64,000 bases of DNA from Fibrobacteria bacterium (lineage in GTDB: Bacteria > Fibrobacterota > Fibrobacteria > UBA11236): contig JAYTHY010000087.1 in NCBI GenBank assembly GCA_043732185.1, forward strand, positions 1-64,000, given 5' to 3'. Position numbers and translations under genes: made by a program. The notes below the pieces were generated by a model. It had not been told where the DNA came from. It did not search any database and saw only the letters and a program-made list of their open reading frames with translations. Below are positions 1 to 9,221 of the stretch, piece after piece; position 1 is the stretch's first letter; each line of letters begins with the position of its first letter.

Positions 1-1
1 A

Positions 2-868
2 ACCGCCACCACAAAAGTCTTGCAATTGCTGGAGACCATGGCCAAGGAGGATAAGGAGAAATACGCCAAGTTCTGGAAGGAATTTGGAAATGTTCTCAAA
101 GAAGGCTTCCATATGAATTGGGAGAATCTGGAGGAACTGAAACGCCTTATCCGCTTCCAGGCCAGCAAGTCCCTGGAAGGGGAATTCGTGGGCTTGGAAG
201 ACTATGTCGTCCGCATGAAACCGGAACAGAAAGACATTTATTTCATCTCCGGTGAAAGCCGGCAAGCGGTCGAGCACAGCCCGCATCTTGAAGTATTCAA
301 AGACAAGGATATTGAAGTGCTGTATCTGGTCGACCCCATTGACGAATGGGTGGTGCAAAGCCTGGGAGAATTCTCCGGAAAGAAACTGGTCAATGTCACC
401 AAGGGAGATCTCGATCTTGGCGATTTGACCAAGGAAGAAAAAAAGGATCAGAAACAAGCCAAGGGCAAGTACAAGAAATTCATGAAGGATTTCGAAGAAA
501 AAATGGGTGAATTCCTTAAAGAAGTCCGCGTAACTTCGCGTCTCAAGGAAAGCCCCTGCTGCCTGGTGGCTGATGAACAGGACATGGGTGCCAATATGGA
601 GCGCATCCTAAAAATGGCGAATCAGAAGGTGACACCGGGCAAGCGCATTCTGGAAATCAATCCCGATCATCCCATCTCGCAACGCCTGGTGGACATGTTT
701 GAAGCGGATGGGAACAATCCAAAACTCAAGGACTGGTACCAATTGCTTGTGGATCAAGCTTTGTTGGCGGAAGGCTCCGAGATCAAGGACCCGGCTGCCT
801 ATGTTTCCAAGGTGAACGGATTTTTAGCCGAAGTGCTCACTCATAGTGCGCCAGAAAAAGGCGCATAG
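2..868 (+). CDS. htpG: Molecular chaperone HtpG (Hsp90), C-terminal part; 5' end lies outside the window
   Basis: Motifs FWKEFGNVLKEG, YVVRMKPEQKDIYF, SPHLE, DPIDEW, SRLKESPCCLV, ILEINPDHP; frame is open from the window edge. Confidence 0.97.
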   Translation, partial: TATTKVLQLLETMAKEDKEKYAKFWKEFGNVLKEGFHMNWENLEELKRLIRFQASKSLEGEFVGLEDYVVRMKPEQKDIYFISGESRQAVEHSPHLEVFKDKDIEVLYLVDPIDEWVVQSLGEFSGKKLVNVTKGDLDLGDLTKEEKKDQKQAKGKYKKFMKDFEEKMGEFLKEVRVTSRLKESPCCLVADEQDMGANMERILKMANQKVTPGKRILEINPDHPISQRLVDMFEADGNNPKLKDWYQLLVDQALLAEGSEIKDPAAYVSKVNGFLAEVLTHSAPEKGA

Positions 869-1897
869 CTGAAAATCGCCGTCCTCGGAAGCGCGGGCCA
901 TTGGCGGCTGGCAACGGATGGCCTAAGCCCTGGACGCAAAGGGCTGGAGTGGATCGTCGCCCCCGTGGACGGCTCCAGCCACGGCCACAAGGCAGGTACA
1001 GGTCCAGTAGAGGACATGGCTCCGGTTTTGCAAGCCTTGACGGAGGCAGGCCAACCGGTGCAACTCATGACCGATTGGCTGGCCGTTCTGGACCGGGAAA
1101 AACCGGATCTCGCCATCGTAAATCCGCCGTTTTACCTTTTGGGCACCGTGGTGAAGGCCTGCTTGCTGCGGGACATTCCTGTTTTTGCTGAAAAGCCCAT
1201 AGCCATTGACCGGCAAGAGATTTTCGACATTGCCCAATTGACGCAGCAGCCTTCAGGACCCAAACTGATGGCTATGTTAACTATGCGCTATGAGCCTGCC
1301 TTTATAGCCGGGCAGCGGCATGTAGCTGCAGGACACATAGGCAAGCCGGTACTTCTCACCGCACAAAAGTCCTATCCCTTGCTGGGCTGGAACGGCAAGC
1401 CACGGGAAGTCTTTTATCATCGGCGGGCGACATATGGTGGAACCATACCCTGGATCGGTATCCATGTTATCGACCAGTTCCACTGGTTCTCGGCATCCCG
1501 ATGCACGGAAATCCGCGCCATGCACACTACCTTGGGCAATCAAAACCATGGGGAAATGGAAATCGCCGCCAGCCTGGAATGCAAATTGGCCAACGGCTGC
1601 CTTGCCAGCGCCACTCTCGATTTCCTGCGACAAGCCAAGTCTGGCCCCTGGGGGGACGATCGCTTACGGGTGGTCGGAGACCGGGGTATTCTGGAAATCC
1701 AGGCGGGCCGAGCTTTCGTTACGGATGGGACAGGCGAGCCCGTGAAACTGGAATTGGAGCCCGCTCCTTCCATGTTCGCAGCCTTTCTGGATTGGATAAC
1801 TGCGGGCACGCCCATGCTCTTGTCCACGGAAGACTGCCTGGCAGCGGCAGAAGCGGCCTTATTAGCCCGAGACGCGGCAGATGAAAACCAGGTCTAG
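869..1897 (+). CDS. Gfo/Idh/MocA-family NAD(P)-dependent oxidoreductase
   Basis: Has the AEKP motif and a GIHVID segment. The Rossmann N-terminus (LKIAVLGSAGHW) lies upstream of the track start at 965, so the real start is probably CTG at 869. Confidence 0.85.
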   Translation: MKIAVLGSAGHWRLATDGLSPGRKGLEWIVAPVDGSSHGHKAGTGPVEDMAPVLQALTEAGQPVQLMTDWLAVLDREKPDLAIVNPPFYLLGTVVKACLLRDIPVFAEKPIAIDRQEIFDIAQLTQQPSGPKLMAMLTMRYEPAFIAGQRHVAAGHIGKPVLLTAQKSYPLLGWNGKPREVFYHRRATYGGTIPWIGIHVIDQFHWFSASRCTEIRAMHTTLGNQNHGEMEIAASLECKLANGCLASATLDFLRQAKSGPWGDDRLRVVGDRGILEIQAGRAFVTDGTGEPVKLELEPAPSMFAAFLDWITAGTPMLLSTEDCLAAAEAALLARDAADENQV

Positions 1898-1930
1898 TTT
1901 ACAGTTAGCTGAGTTGTTGTTTCTATTCCC

Positions 1931-2908
1931 ATGATGATTACTGAACTGCCTCCGGCTTGGACCGGACTGATACTGGCCACGGCCGCTTTGGTGCTCTGGT
2001 CCCTGTCCCCATTCTTTTTTACTGCCATGGGTAGAAAGGTGGGGCCTTTCGCGACCAACCTTCTGCGCCTCGTTTTGGCCACGGTAATTTTAGCCGCGGT
2101 TATGGGGATACGTTATGCGGTTGGTGATGCTTTCAGCAAGCCAGGTGTGATAAGTTGTTTATGGCTCAGCGCCTCAGGCATTATCGGACTCGTAGTCGGG
2201 GATTTCTTTCTCTACCGGGCCCTGACAACCGAAGGCCCGGAAAAGACCAGTCAAATCCAGACTTTGGCTCCAGCCGCAACGGCCATCATGGCGTGGATAT
2301 TTCTGCACGAAATCCTGTCCACTCCGCAAATGGCTGGAATGGGGCTAATCCTGGCGGGTGTTTCACTCGCGACCTGGGAAGTGGCAAGGAAGCTTAAATC
2401 CCAGACAGGCGTTGCCAATGCCGGTGCATTACCGGGCAGACAAAATGTGGGCAAATTGAGTGGTGCACTGATGAGCGGTCCAATGGCGGCTATTTGGTCC
2501 GCCCTCTTTCAAGCTCTGGGCACGGTTCTGGCTCGCGAGGCTTTTTTGAACCAACCCGATTTGGATCCTGTGCTCGCCACCGCGATTCGTATCACCAGTG
2601 CCACCGTGGTCATTTGGATTTTTGCCAGAACCCAGGGCCCGCTGGCAACTGTCTTAACCGGCTGCCGGGCCCCGACTATAATTAAGCTGCTATTGGCAGG
2701 AACGTTAGCCGGACCCGTATTGGGTATGATCTGTTATATATCCGCTCTAAAATATGCGCCTGCTGGTGTCGTGACCACCATCACCTTTATGAATCCCCTG
2801 ATTATCATACCTTTGGGAGCATGGCATTATGGCACCCGCATCGGAATCCTGGCCATTCTCGGAACGGCCCTATCCCTAGCAGGAGTACTCCTGTTGGGCT
2901 TTGGGTAG
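1931..2908 (+). CDS. DMT/EamA-family transporter
   Basis: About 10 hydrophobic segments in two repeats; GLVVGDFFLYRAL, LAP..TAIMAWIFLHE. Confidence 0.88.
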   Translation: MMITELPPAWTGLILATAALVLWSLSPFFFTAMGRKVGPFATNLLRLVLATVILAAVMGIRYAVGDAFSKPGVISCLWLSASGIIGLVVGDFFLYRALTTEGPEKTSQIQTLAPAATAIMAWIFLHEILSTPQMAGMGLILAGVSLATWEVARKLKSQTGVANAGALPGRQNVGKLSGALMSGPMAAIWSALFQALGTVLAREAFLNQPDLDPVLATAIRITSATVVIWIFARTQGPLATVLTGCRAPTIIKLLLAGTLAGPVLGMICYISALKYAPAGVVTTITFMNPLIIIPLGAWHYGTRIGILAILGTALSLAGVLLLGFG

Positions 2909-2921
2909 CGCTAGAGAATTT

Positions 2922-4796
2922 ATGCAGGTAGCCGAATCCCGTCTTTCCGAAGCTACTTTGCTCAGCGCCTTAAGTCGCACTTTCGGGTACTCTTCTTTCC
3001 GACCGCATCAGCGGGAAATCGTAGAAAGCATTCTGGCCGGTCGTGATGTGCTCGGCATCATGCCTACCGGGGGCGGAAAATCCCTCTGCTATCAACTGCC
3101 CGCGAAAATGGCGGCTGGAACCGCCGTCGTGATCAGTCCACTCATTTCCCTAATGAAGGATCAGGTGGATTCCGCGCGCGAAAATAACATGGCGGCCGCT
3201 TTTCTGAATAGCTCCCTTTCCAATGCTCAGGCCGCGGGCGTGTACCGCAAGCTTGAAGCCGGTGCTTTGGACCTCTTGTACATTTCTCCCGAACGCTTCG
3301 CGATCCCATCCTTTCTGGCCACTTTAAAAGCTGCCAAAATATCCTTCTTCGCCGTGGATGAAGCCCATTGCCTTTCGGAATGGGGCCATGATTTTCGACC
3401 CGATTATCTATCGTTGGGACACATCCGGCGGCATTTTCCAAAGGCTCCCATCGCAGCTTTTACAGCCACGGCCACATCTTTGGTACAGCGCGACATTTTC
3501 ACCAAGCTCACCTTACGCAATCCCCTGCAAGTGCGCGCATCCTTCAACCGCCCAAACCTGTACTATGCGGTGGAGCCCAAGGTTGAGGTCAAGGCGCAAA
3601 TCCTGGACTTTCTCAAAAGGCATCCCAACGAGCCCGGCATCGTCTACCGTACCACCCGGGACGCGGTGGAAAAAACCGCCGCTTTCTTGAATTCCAAAGG
3701 CATTGATGCGCGTCCGTATCATGCAGGCCTGACTGCGCAAGAGCGCGCCGACAACCAGGATGCATTCAGCAAGGATGAAGTTCAAATCGTCGTGGCCACC
3801 ATCGCTTTCGGCATGGGAATCGACAAGAGTAATGTTCGCTTTGTCATTCATGCTGATTTGTCCAAAAATATCGAAGGCTACTATCAAGAAACCGGACGTG
3901 CTGGACGCGATGGGGATCCGGCGACATGCCTACTGTACTTTGGAGGTGGAGACATCCCCAAGCTCCGCCATTTCATGGATCAAATCCAAGGCGATGAGGA
4001 ACGGGCACTCGCTATCGACAAACTCAACTTGATGGCGGCCTTCGCCTCTCGAAACCTCTGCCGCCGCAAACAATTGCTGGCGTACTTTGAAGAAACCTTT
4101 CCGGAAGAGAACTGTGGAAACTGCGATATCTGCCTAGGCAAAGCCTCCACGATCGATGCGACTCGCGAGGCGCAAATGGTGCTCTCAGCCATGGTCCGAA
4201 CAGGAGAACGCTTTGGAGCAGGACATATCATTGATGTGCTCCTAGGCGCGGATACGCAGAAAATCCGGGATCTCGGCCATGCTTCCCTTAAAACCTATGC
4301 AGTAGGCAAACATCGCGACAAGGGTTTTTGGAGGGCCTTGATAGGTGAGATGCTGGGCCGAAGCTTGCTGGCTTTGGATGCCGGACCCTATCCCGTGCTC
4401 AAAGTAACGGAAGCGTGCCTTCCCATTCTCCACGGCCAGGAAACCTTCCAGGTACTACAAGTAGAACAGAAGAAAACCGGTGTTTCCAAGACCTTAGGCA
4501 AAGGCGGATTGCGTACTGCTGGGACGTCCCATTCCGAAAACAGCCCTATGAATGCCTCCGAAAGCGGCGATGCGGATTTGTTCGAGCGGCTTAGGACTTT
4601 CCGGAAAACCTTGGCTCAGAGTCAAGGTGTCCCCCCTTATATGGTATTCTCAGATAAAACCCTACATGAAATGTGCCGTAACCGGCCTGTTACGCTAACC
4701 AGCTTCCGGGAAATTTCCGGCGTGGGTGATGCCAAGCTGGAAAAATACGGTGCAGACTTTACCCGGGAAATCCGGATTTACTTGGATTCCCTTTGA
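2922..4796 (+). CDS. recQ: ATP-dependent DNA helicase RecQ
   Basis: MPTGGGKSLCYQLP, DEAHC, WGHDFRPDY, ATIAFGMGIDK, QETGRAGRDG, Zn-binding cysteines, RQC and HRDC domains. Start is ATG 2922 or TTG 2901. Confidence 0.97.
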   Translation: MQVAESRLSEATLLSALSRTFGYSSFRPHQREIVESILAGRDVLGIMPTGGGKSLCYQLPAKMAAGTAVVISPLISLMKDQVDSARENNMAAAFLNSSLSNAQAAGVYRKLEAGALDLLYISPERFAIPSFLATLKAAKISFFAVDEAHCLSEWGHDFRPDYLSLGHIRRHFPKAPIAAFTATATSLVQRDIFTKLTLRNPLQVRASFNRPNLYYAVEPKVEVKAQILDFLKRHPNEPGIVYRTTRDAVEKTAAFLNSKGIDARPYHAGLTAQERADNQDAFSKDEVQIVVATIAFGMGIDKSNVRFVIHADLSKNIEGYYQETGRAGRDGDPATCLLYFGGGDIPKLRHFMDQIQGDEERALAIDKLNLMAAFASRNLCRRKQLLAYFEETFPEENCGNCDICLGKASTIDATREAQMVLSAMVRTGERFGAGHIIDVLLGADTQKIRDLGHASLKTYAVGKHRDKGFWRALIGEMLGRSLLALDAGPYPVLKVTEACLPILHGQETFQVLQVEQKKTGVSKTLGKGGLRTAGTSHSENSPMNASESGDADLFERLRTFRKTLAQSQGVPPYMVFSDKTLHEMCRNRPVTLTSFREISGVGDAKLEKYGADFTREIRIYLDSL

Positions 4797-4842
4797 GGAC
4801 CTCATGCAAATTCAAGAAAAACCCCGATGGATTTGACACTGT

Positions 4843-4865
4843 CCTAAGCGTATGCCTAAGCGTAT
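4843..4865. repeat. Short tandem duplication CCTAAGCGTAT x2 with 12-bp period
   Basis: cctaagcgtat-g-cctaagcgtat lies immediately downstream of the pyrE stop. Confidence 0.7.
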
Positions 4866-4867
4866 AG

Positions 4868-5581
4868 CTAAACCGCTCCATAGGCTTTTGAATAGGCTTG
4901 CATGCGATTCAAAAGACCTGGGTCTAAGGTTAGGAATCGATCACCCCGACCAGACTCCAAATAACCGAGGATGTCTGTCAGATTCACGATAGCCGTCGTT
5001 TGAAGTCCGAATTCTTCCCTGATTTCTCTAAGCGCCGGGCGATCTCCCTGGCCGCGTTCCATGCGATCCACGGACACAGCCAATCCGATTACCTGCACAC
5101 CCGGTAAGGCCAGTAAAGGCAGGCTTTCGCGCACGGATGTGCCCGCCGTGGTCACGTCTTCAATGATAACCACCCGGCATAGAGGGCCACTGGTGGACAA
5201 GCCTTTATATCCAAAGCCAACCAGAGTCCCACCCTCACCATGATCCTTGAGCTCTTTGCGATTGAAAGTGTAGGAGACGTCGCGACCATACAGGGAATGC
5301 ATGGCGATAGCCGTAGTCACGGCCAGAGGAATCCCCTTGTAAGCGGGTCCGAAAAGATTATCGACGCCTTTGCCAAAAGCAGAGTCAATAGCCCGAGCAT
5401 AAAATTCTCCTAACCTCTGGATCTGTGAGGCTTTCACATACGCTCCGGTATTGATAAAATAGGGAGTTTGTCGCCCGCTTTTGGTGGTGAAATTCCCGAA
5501 ACGCAAGGCCCCGGCGGACAGCATAAACTCAATGAATTCTTCCTTTAACTCTTCCTTTAACGCTTCCTTTAACTTTTCCAT
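4868..5581 (-). CDS. pyrE: Orotate phosphoribosyltransferase
   Basis: FTTKSGRQTPYFIN, LFGPAYKGIPL, NRKELKDHGEGG, PRPP loop IIEDVTTAGTS. Confidence 0.96.
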   Translation of the reverse strand: MEKLKEALKEELKEEFIEFMLSAGALRFGNFTTKSGRQTPYFINTGAYVKASQIQRLGEFYARAIDSAFGKGVDNLFGPAYKGIPLAVTTAIAMHSLYGRDVSYTFNRKELKDHGEGGTLVGFGYKGLSTSGPLCRVVIIEDVTTAGTSVRESLPLLALPGVQVIGLAVSVDRMERGQGDRPALREIREEFGLQTTAIVNLTDILGYLESGRGDRFLTLDPGLLNRMQAYSKAYGAV

Positions 5582-5750
5582 TCACTTTCCACGGTTAGCG
5601 TGCACCCTTTGCAGGGCAGGTCCTATATCCGACCAGCCCCACAACCATAGGCAAGATAGCAACCCCCACTTAAAGGTACACGCGTCTCCAACAGCAGACT
5701 TTACTTTCTTTTTTCTAGTCAAGGATTTGACCAGGGTGTAGAATAAAAAT

Positions 5751-6128
5751 ATGCCCGTAATGGATGTCACTCTGGGAGATCTCAACTACACCTTAGGTGT
5801 AGGAGAAAACAATGTTTTTCTCCGCTTAGCAGGTAATTTATGCGGTGGCAACGCCGCAAAAGTAACTCAGATTTTTCAGCGAACCATTACCCACGTTCGC
5901 GGCAAACTTTTCTTAAGTCTACAAGGCTGTTATACCATTGATTCCCAAGCCCTGGCGGCCTTGGCCGTCCATCATAAGAACCTGAGCGATAGATGCAGGG
6001 AAATGGTTCTCGTGGACGTGCCGACCCAAATCTTACAAGCATTGGTCATCGGTCAAGTGGCGTCGCTCTTTGAAATCTTCCCCTCTTTGGCAGAAGCAGA
6101 AAAAAAGTACGGCAATGCCGTTAATTAA
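5751..6128 (+). CDS. STAS-domain protein (anti-sigma factor antagonist-like)
   Basis: 125 aa; LRLAGNL, YTIDSQAL, LFEIFPSLAEA. Confidence 0.8.
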   Translation: MPVMDVTLGDLNYTLGVGENNVFLRLAGNLCGGNAAKVTQIFQRTITHVRGKLFLSLQGCYTIDSQALAALAVHHKNLSDRCREMVLVDVPTQILQALVIGQVASLFEIFPSLAEAEKKYGNAVN

Positions 6129-6256
6129 TTACTCTCTCAGCTGATCTCAGCCCACACCACGCACATTCAGCCTTCCTTTCCTAAAAATTCAGGCCTATCA
6201 CGTGATGTCCAAATCGATTTCTTGTATTTTGCCCTCTTTTCTTGGGAGAATAGACC

Positions 6257-8143
6257 ATGCCCGTTTCTTATTCCGAACCCGCAGGTGCAACCAGCGGCAA
6301 TGCTTTGCTGAAAAGTCTCAATCGCGACTTTATGCAATTGCACTTTGCCAAGGAAGATGCCTTTTGGAAGGAGAAGATGGGACTCATGGTAAAGGTCCCG
6401 GGGGATTTTGAAAAAAAGGAAATCCTTTTACAATCCTTTATTTCCAATCCCAAGTACTTGCCTTCTTTACGCAGTCAATTGGAAAGACAGGACCTCTCTC
6501 CCCTGGATCGCACTGGAATGCAAGGCTGGCTTCGCTTCTTCGAAATCAATGCCATAGAAAATCCAGATGCCAAGGCCCTGGCCGATCAAATTATTGAAAT
6601 GGAAGGCCGTCTGCAAGCAAAGCGTGGAAGCATGCAGCTCGGGTACAAAAATCCAGTCAACGGCGAGTTTATTCCTGCCAGTTCCATAAAGCTCGGCTTA
6701 TTAATGCGCACTGCACAATCCGAAGATTTGCGAAAGGCCGCGCACCAAGGTTTACAAACCATTGAACACGAAGTCTTGAACAGCGGGTTTCTGGACATCG
6801 TTCGCGAGCGCAACCGCCTGGGCCGGATGCTGGGTTATGAAGATTATTATGACTACAAAGTTTCCCGCAACGAGGGTTTTTCCAAACGCGTCTTGTTCGA
6901 TATTCTCAAGGACTTGGAGAGCCGCACGCGCGATGCTTGTAAATCCTCTTTGGACCAATTGGTGAAACGCGTTGGTCCTGCCGCCAGGGATGGTTGGAAC
7001 TTTCTTTTCTTTACGGCGGGTGATGTCACTGCGCAAATGGATCCTTATTTCGGTTTCACCCAGGCCCTGGGACGGTGGGGCCGCTCCTTCACTGCTTTGG
7101 GGATCCGTTACCGCGGCGCGACTCTCACCTTGGATCTCCTCGACCGCAAGGGGAAGTACGAAAACGGATTCATGCACGGGCCCATCCCAGGATTCATCAA
7201 CAATGGACAGTATCAGCCAGCACGAATAAACTTTACCGCCAACGCCATTCCCGGTCAACTCGGCAGCGGGCACCGGGCCACGGAAACCCTTTTCCATGAA
7301 GGCGGACACGCCGCTCATTTCAGCAATATCCTGATGCCGGCACCCTGTTTCGCCCAGGAATACGCCCCAACTTCCGTCGCCTTTGCCGAAACGCAGAGCA
7401 TGTTCCTGGACAGTTTAATAGAGACTCCGGATTGGTTGATGCGCTATGCCCACAACGATCAAAATGAAGCCATGCCGCTTGAATTGATCCGCCAGAACAT
7501 CGCCAAAAAGCATCCCTTCAAAGCCTTCGGGATTAGAGCCATGCTCACCGTCTGTTTTGCCGAAAAGGCTATTTATGAAATGTCCGATGCCGCGTTGACT
7601 CCCGAAAACGTTTTAAAAACCCTGCGCGAAATTGAAAGTGAACTTCAATTTCTGAACTCAGGCACCAGGCCGGTTTTAAGCGTGCCCCATTTGCTTTCCG
7701 GCGAATCATCTGCCTATTATCACGGCTATGTATTGGCGGAAATGGCCGTCCATCAAACGCGCCAATTTTTTATGGGTCGAGATGGAGTCTTGGTAGACAA
7801 TCCTTCCGTGGGTCGAGATTTGGCCGAGCATTACTGGAAACCAGGAAATTCCAAAACCTTTTTGGAAATGATCCAAGGACTCACAGGTAAGCCCTTTGGT
7901 GCCGAAGCTACAGTGGAAATGGTCGCTAAACCTTTAGCGGAAGCACTTGCAGAGGCCCAATCTGTTTCGCAATCTCAAAACGGAAATGGAAATAAAGCCA
8001 AACCTTCCACGGTACCGAAGGTGGATCTCGACGCCGTTCTTCGCATCGTACACGGCGATGAAATCATTGCCTCCAATGAAAATGGCGGAACCTTTGAAGA
8101 GGTCGAAAAATCATTCACAGCCTTTATGGCCGAGCGGGAATGA
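6257..8143 (+). CDS. M3-family metallopeptidase (oligopeptidase)
   Basis: HExxH motif LFHEGGH, downstream AETQSMFL, DLLDRKGKYENGF, YYHGYVLAEM. Confidence 0.9.
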   Translation: MPVSYSEPAGATSGNALLKSLNRDFMQLHFAKEDAFWKEKMGLMVKVPGDFEKKEILLQSFISNPKYLPSLRSQLERQDLSPLDRTGMQGWLRFFEINAIENPDAKALADQIIEMEGRLQAKRGSMQLGYKNPVNGEFIPASSIKLGLLMRTAQSEDLRKAAHQGLQTIEHEVLNSGFLDIVRERNRLGRMLGYEDYYDYKVSRNEGFSKRVLFDILKDLESRTRDACKSSLDQLVKRVGPAARDGWNFLFFTAGDVTAQMDPYFGFTQALGRWGRSFTALGIRYRGATLTLDLLDRKGKYENGFMHGPIPGFINNGQYQPARINFTANAIPGQLGSGHRATETLFHEGGHAAHFSNILMPAPCFAQEYAPTSVAFAETQSMFLDSLIETPDWLMRYAHNDQNEAMPLELIRQNIAKKHPFKAFGIRAMLTVCFAEKAIYEMSDAALTPENVLKTLREIESELQFLNSGTRPVLSVPHLLSGESSAYYHGYVLAEMAVHQTRQFFMGRDGVLVDNPSVGRDLAEHYWKPGNSKTFLEMIQGLTGKPFGAEATVEMVAKPLAEALAEAQSVSQSQNGNGNKAKPSTVPKVDLDAVLRIVHGDEIIASNENGGTFEEVEKSFTAFMAERE

Positions 8144-9038
8144 GGTAATACTCCCCAATCACAATTTGGTCGTCCTTCTCATCTAAATTAAGGCCACAGG
8201 CTACACCTATTACACCCGTACACGGGTCGAAATGCAAAACGCGACATTCCGAGAGAATACGCTCCGGCACCTTACAAGGCGCTGGGCAAGACGCACTATC
8301 TCGAACCAGGGTTTCGCCCAACGGCAGCGTAACCACTGAATCGCGATTCAACCATTTTATCCGACTTTCAAATTCCCCGTCGGTATTTTGCGTCTCCATA
8401 TCCAACATGTCCGGACGAGGCAAGTCGGCAAGCGTCTCCGATTCTTCTGTTGAAAAAATTGCACGCTCTTTCGTCAATGCCACTCTGAGAATAGACCAGT
8501 GTACGAACCCTTCTTTGGTTCGCTGCCTGCCGATATCGGCGCAAACAAAAAACCGTTGTGCGCAGGTTCCCAAAGAGGCCCAGGATTCACAGTGACCGGA
8601 ATCCGGCTCTCGCATGGGTCCGCCCAATTTATCCAGATTGTAATAGGCGCCTTTTCGGGTACGCAAATCCACATTGGACCAAAGCGAATCCGAAGCGCTG
8701 CCCAAGCTGCGACCCGCTATGGACAAGGCCTGTCGACTGACCTGCAAGGCCGAATCCTTTTCCCCTAAATTCTGCAGACATAATCCCAAGTCAATACGGG
8801 TCCTGGCGTCCAAGGTATCCAGCTGGGTAATTTCCTTATAAATATCGCAGGCTTGAACATACTTTTTCTGCCGGTAATACGTATTGGCCTTTTCCTTCAT
8901 GGCCAATACCTTTTTGGCAAGTGGCAATGCAGAAGCGAGCGAGGCGAATAAAAATGGGAACAGCAGACTGCCAAGACCTAAAATTTTGCCGAAAATACAA
9001 TTTGGAAAAAGAAACCGTGTTCGATAAATTCGCATCAT
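8124..9038 (-). CDS. Exported TPR-containing hypothetical protein with a Cys-rich C-terminus
   Basis: Signal-like N-terminus ending ASA; TPR-like helices (KANTYYRQKKYVQA...DLGLCLQNLGEKDSA). Confidence 0.65.
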   Translation of the reverse strand: MMRIYRTRFLFPNCIFGKILGLGSLLFPFLFASLASALPLAKKVLAMKEKANTYYRQKKYVQACDIYKEITQLDTLDARTRIDLGLCLQNLGEKDSALQVSRQALSIAGRSLGSASDSLWSNVDLRTRKGAYYNLDKLGGPMREPDSGHCESWASLGTCAQRFFVCADIGRQRTKEGFVHWSILRVALTKERAIFSTEESETLADLPRPDMLDMETQNTDGEFESRIKWLNRDSVVTLPLGETLVRDSASCPAPCKVPERILSECRVLHFDPCTGVIGVACGLNLDEKDDQIVIGEYYLIPARP

Positions 9039-9221
9039 GCTCCAAAAAACGCTCAGGATGAAATTTTAACTCCTCGCGATTGAGGCCAACCACCTTTTTC
9101 CCAGCCTGGATGTGGTAAAACCAAGTTGAAGGTAAAATTGCCGAGAAATGGGCTAAATTCTAATGTTAAACTTGACCAGCAGTTGCTGTTTGGACAGTAT
9201 CCCACTAGCCGCGGAGTATAG

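Noticed and set aside
866..868. Pyrrolysine or genome-wide TAG recoding
   Set aside because: Many genes here end normally in TAG, HtpG is complete at this stop, and no pyl genes are visible.
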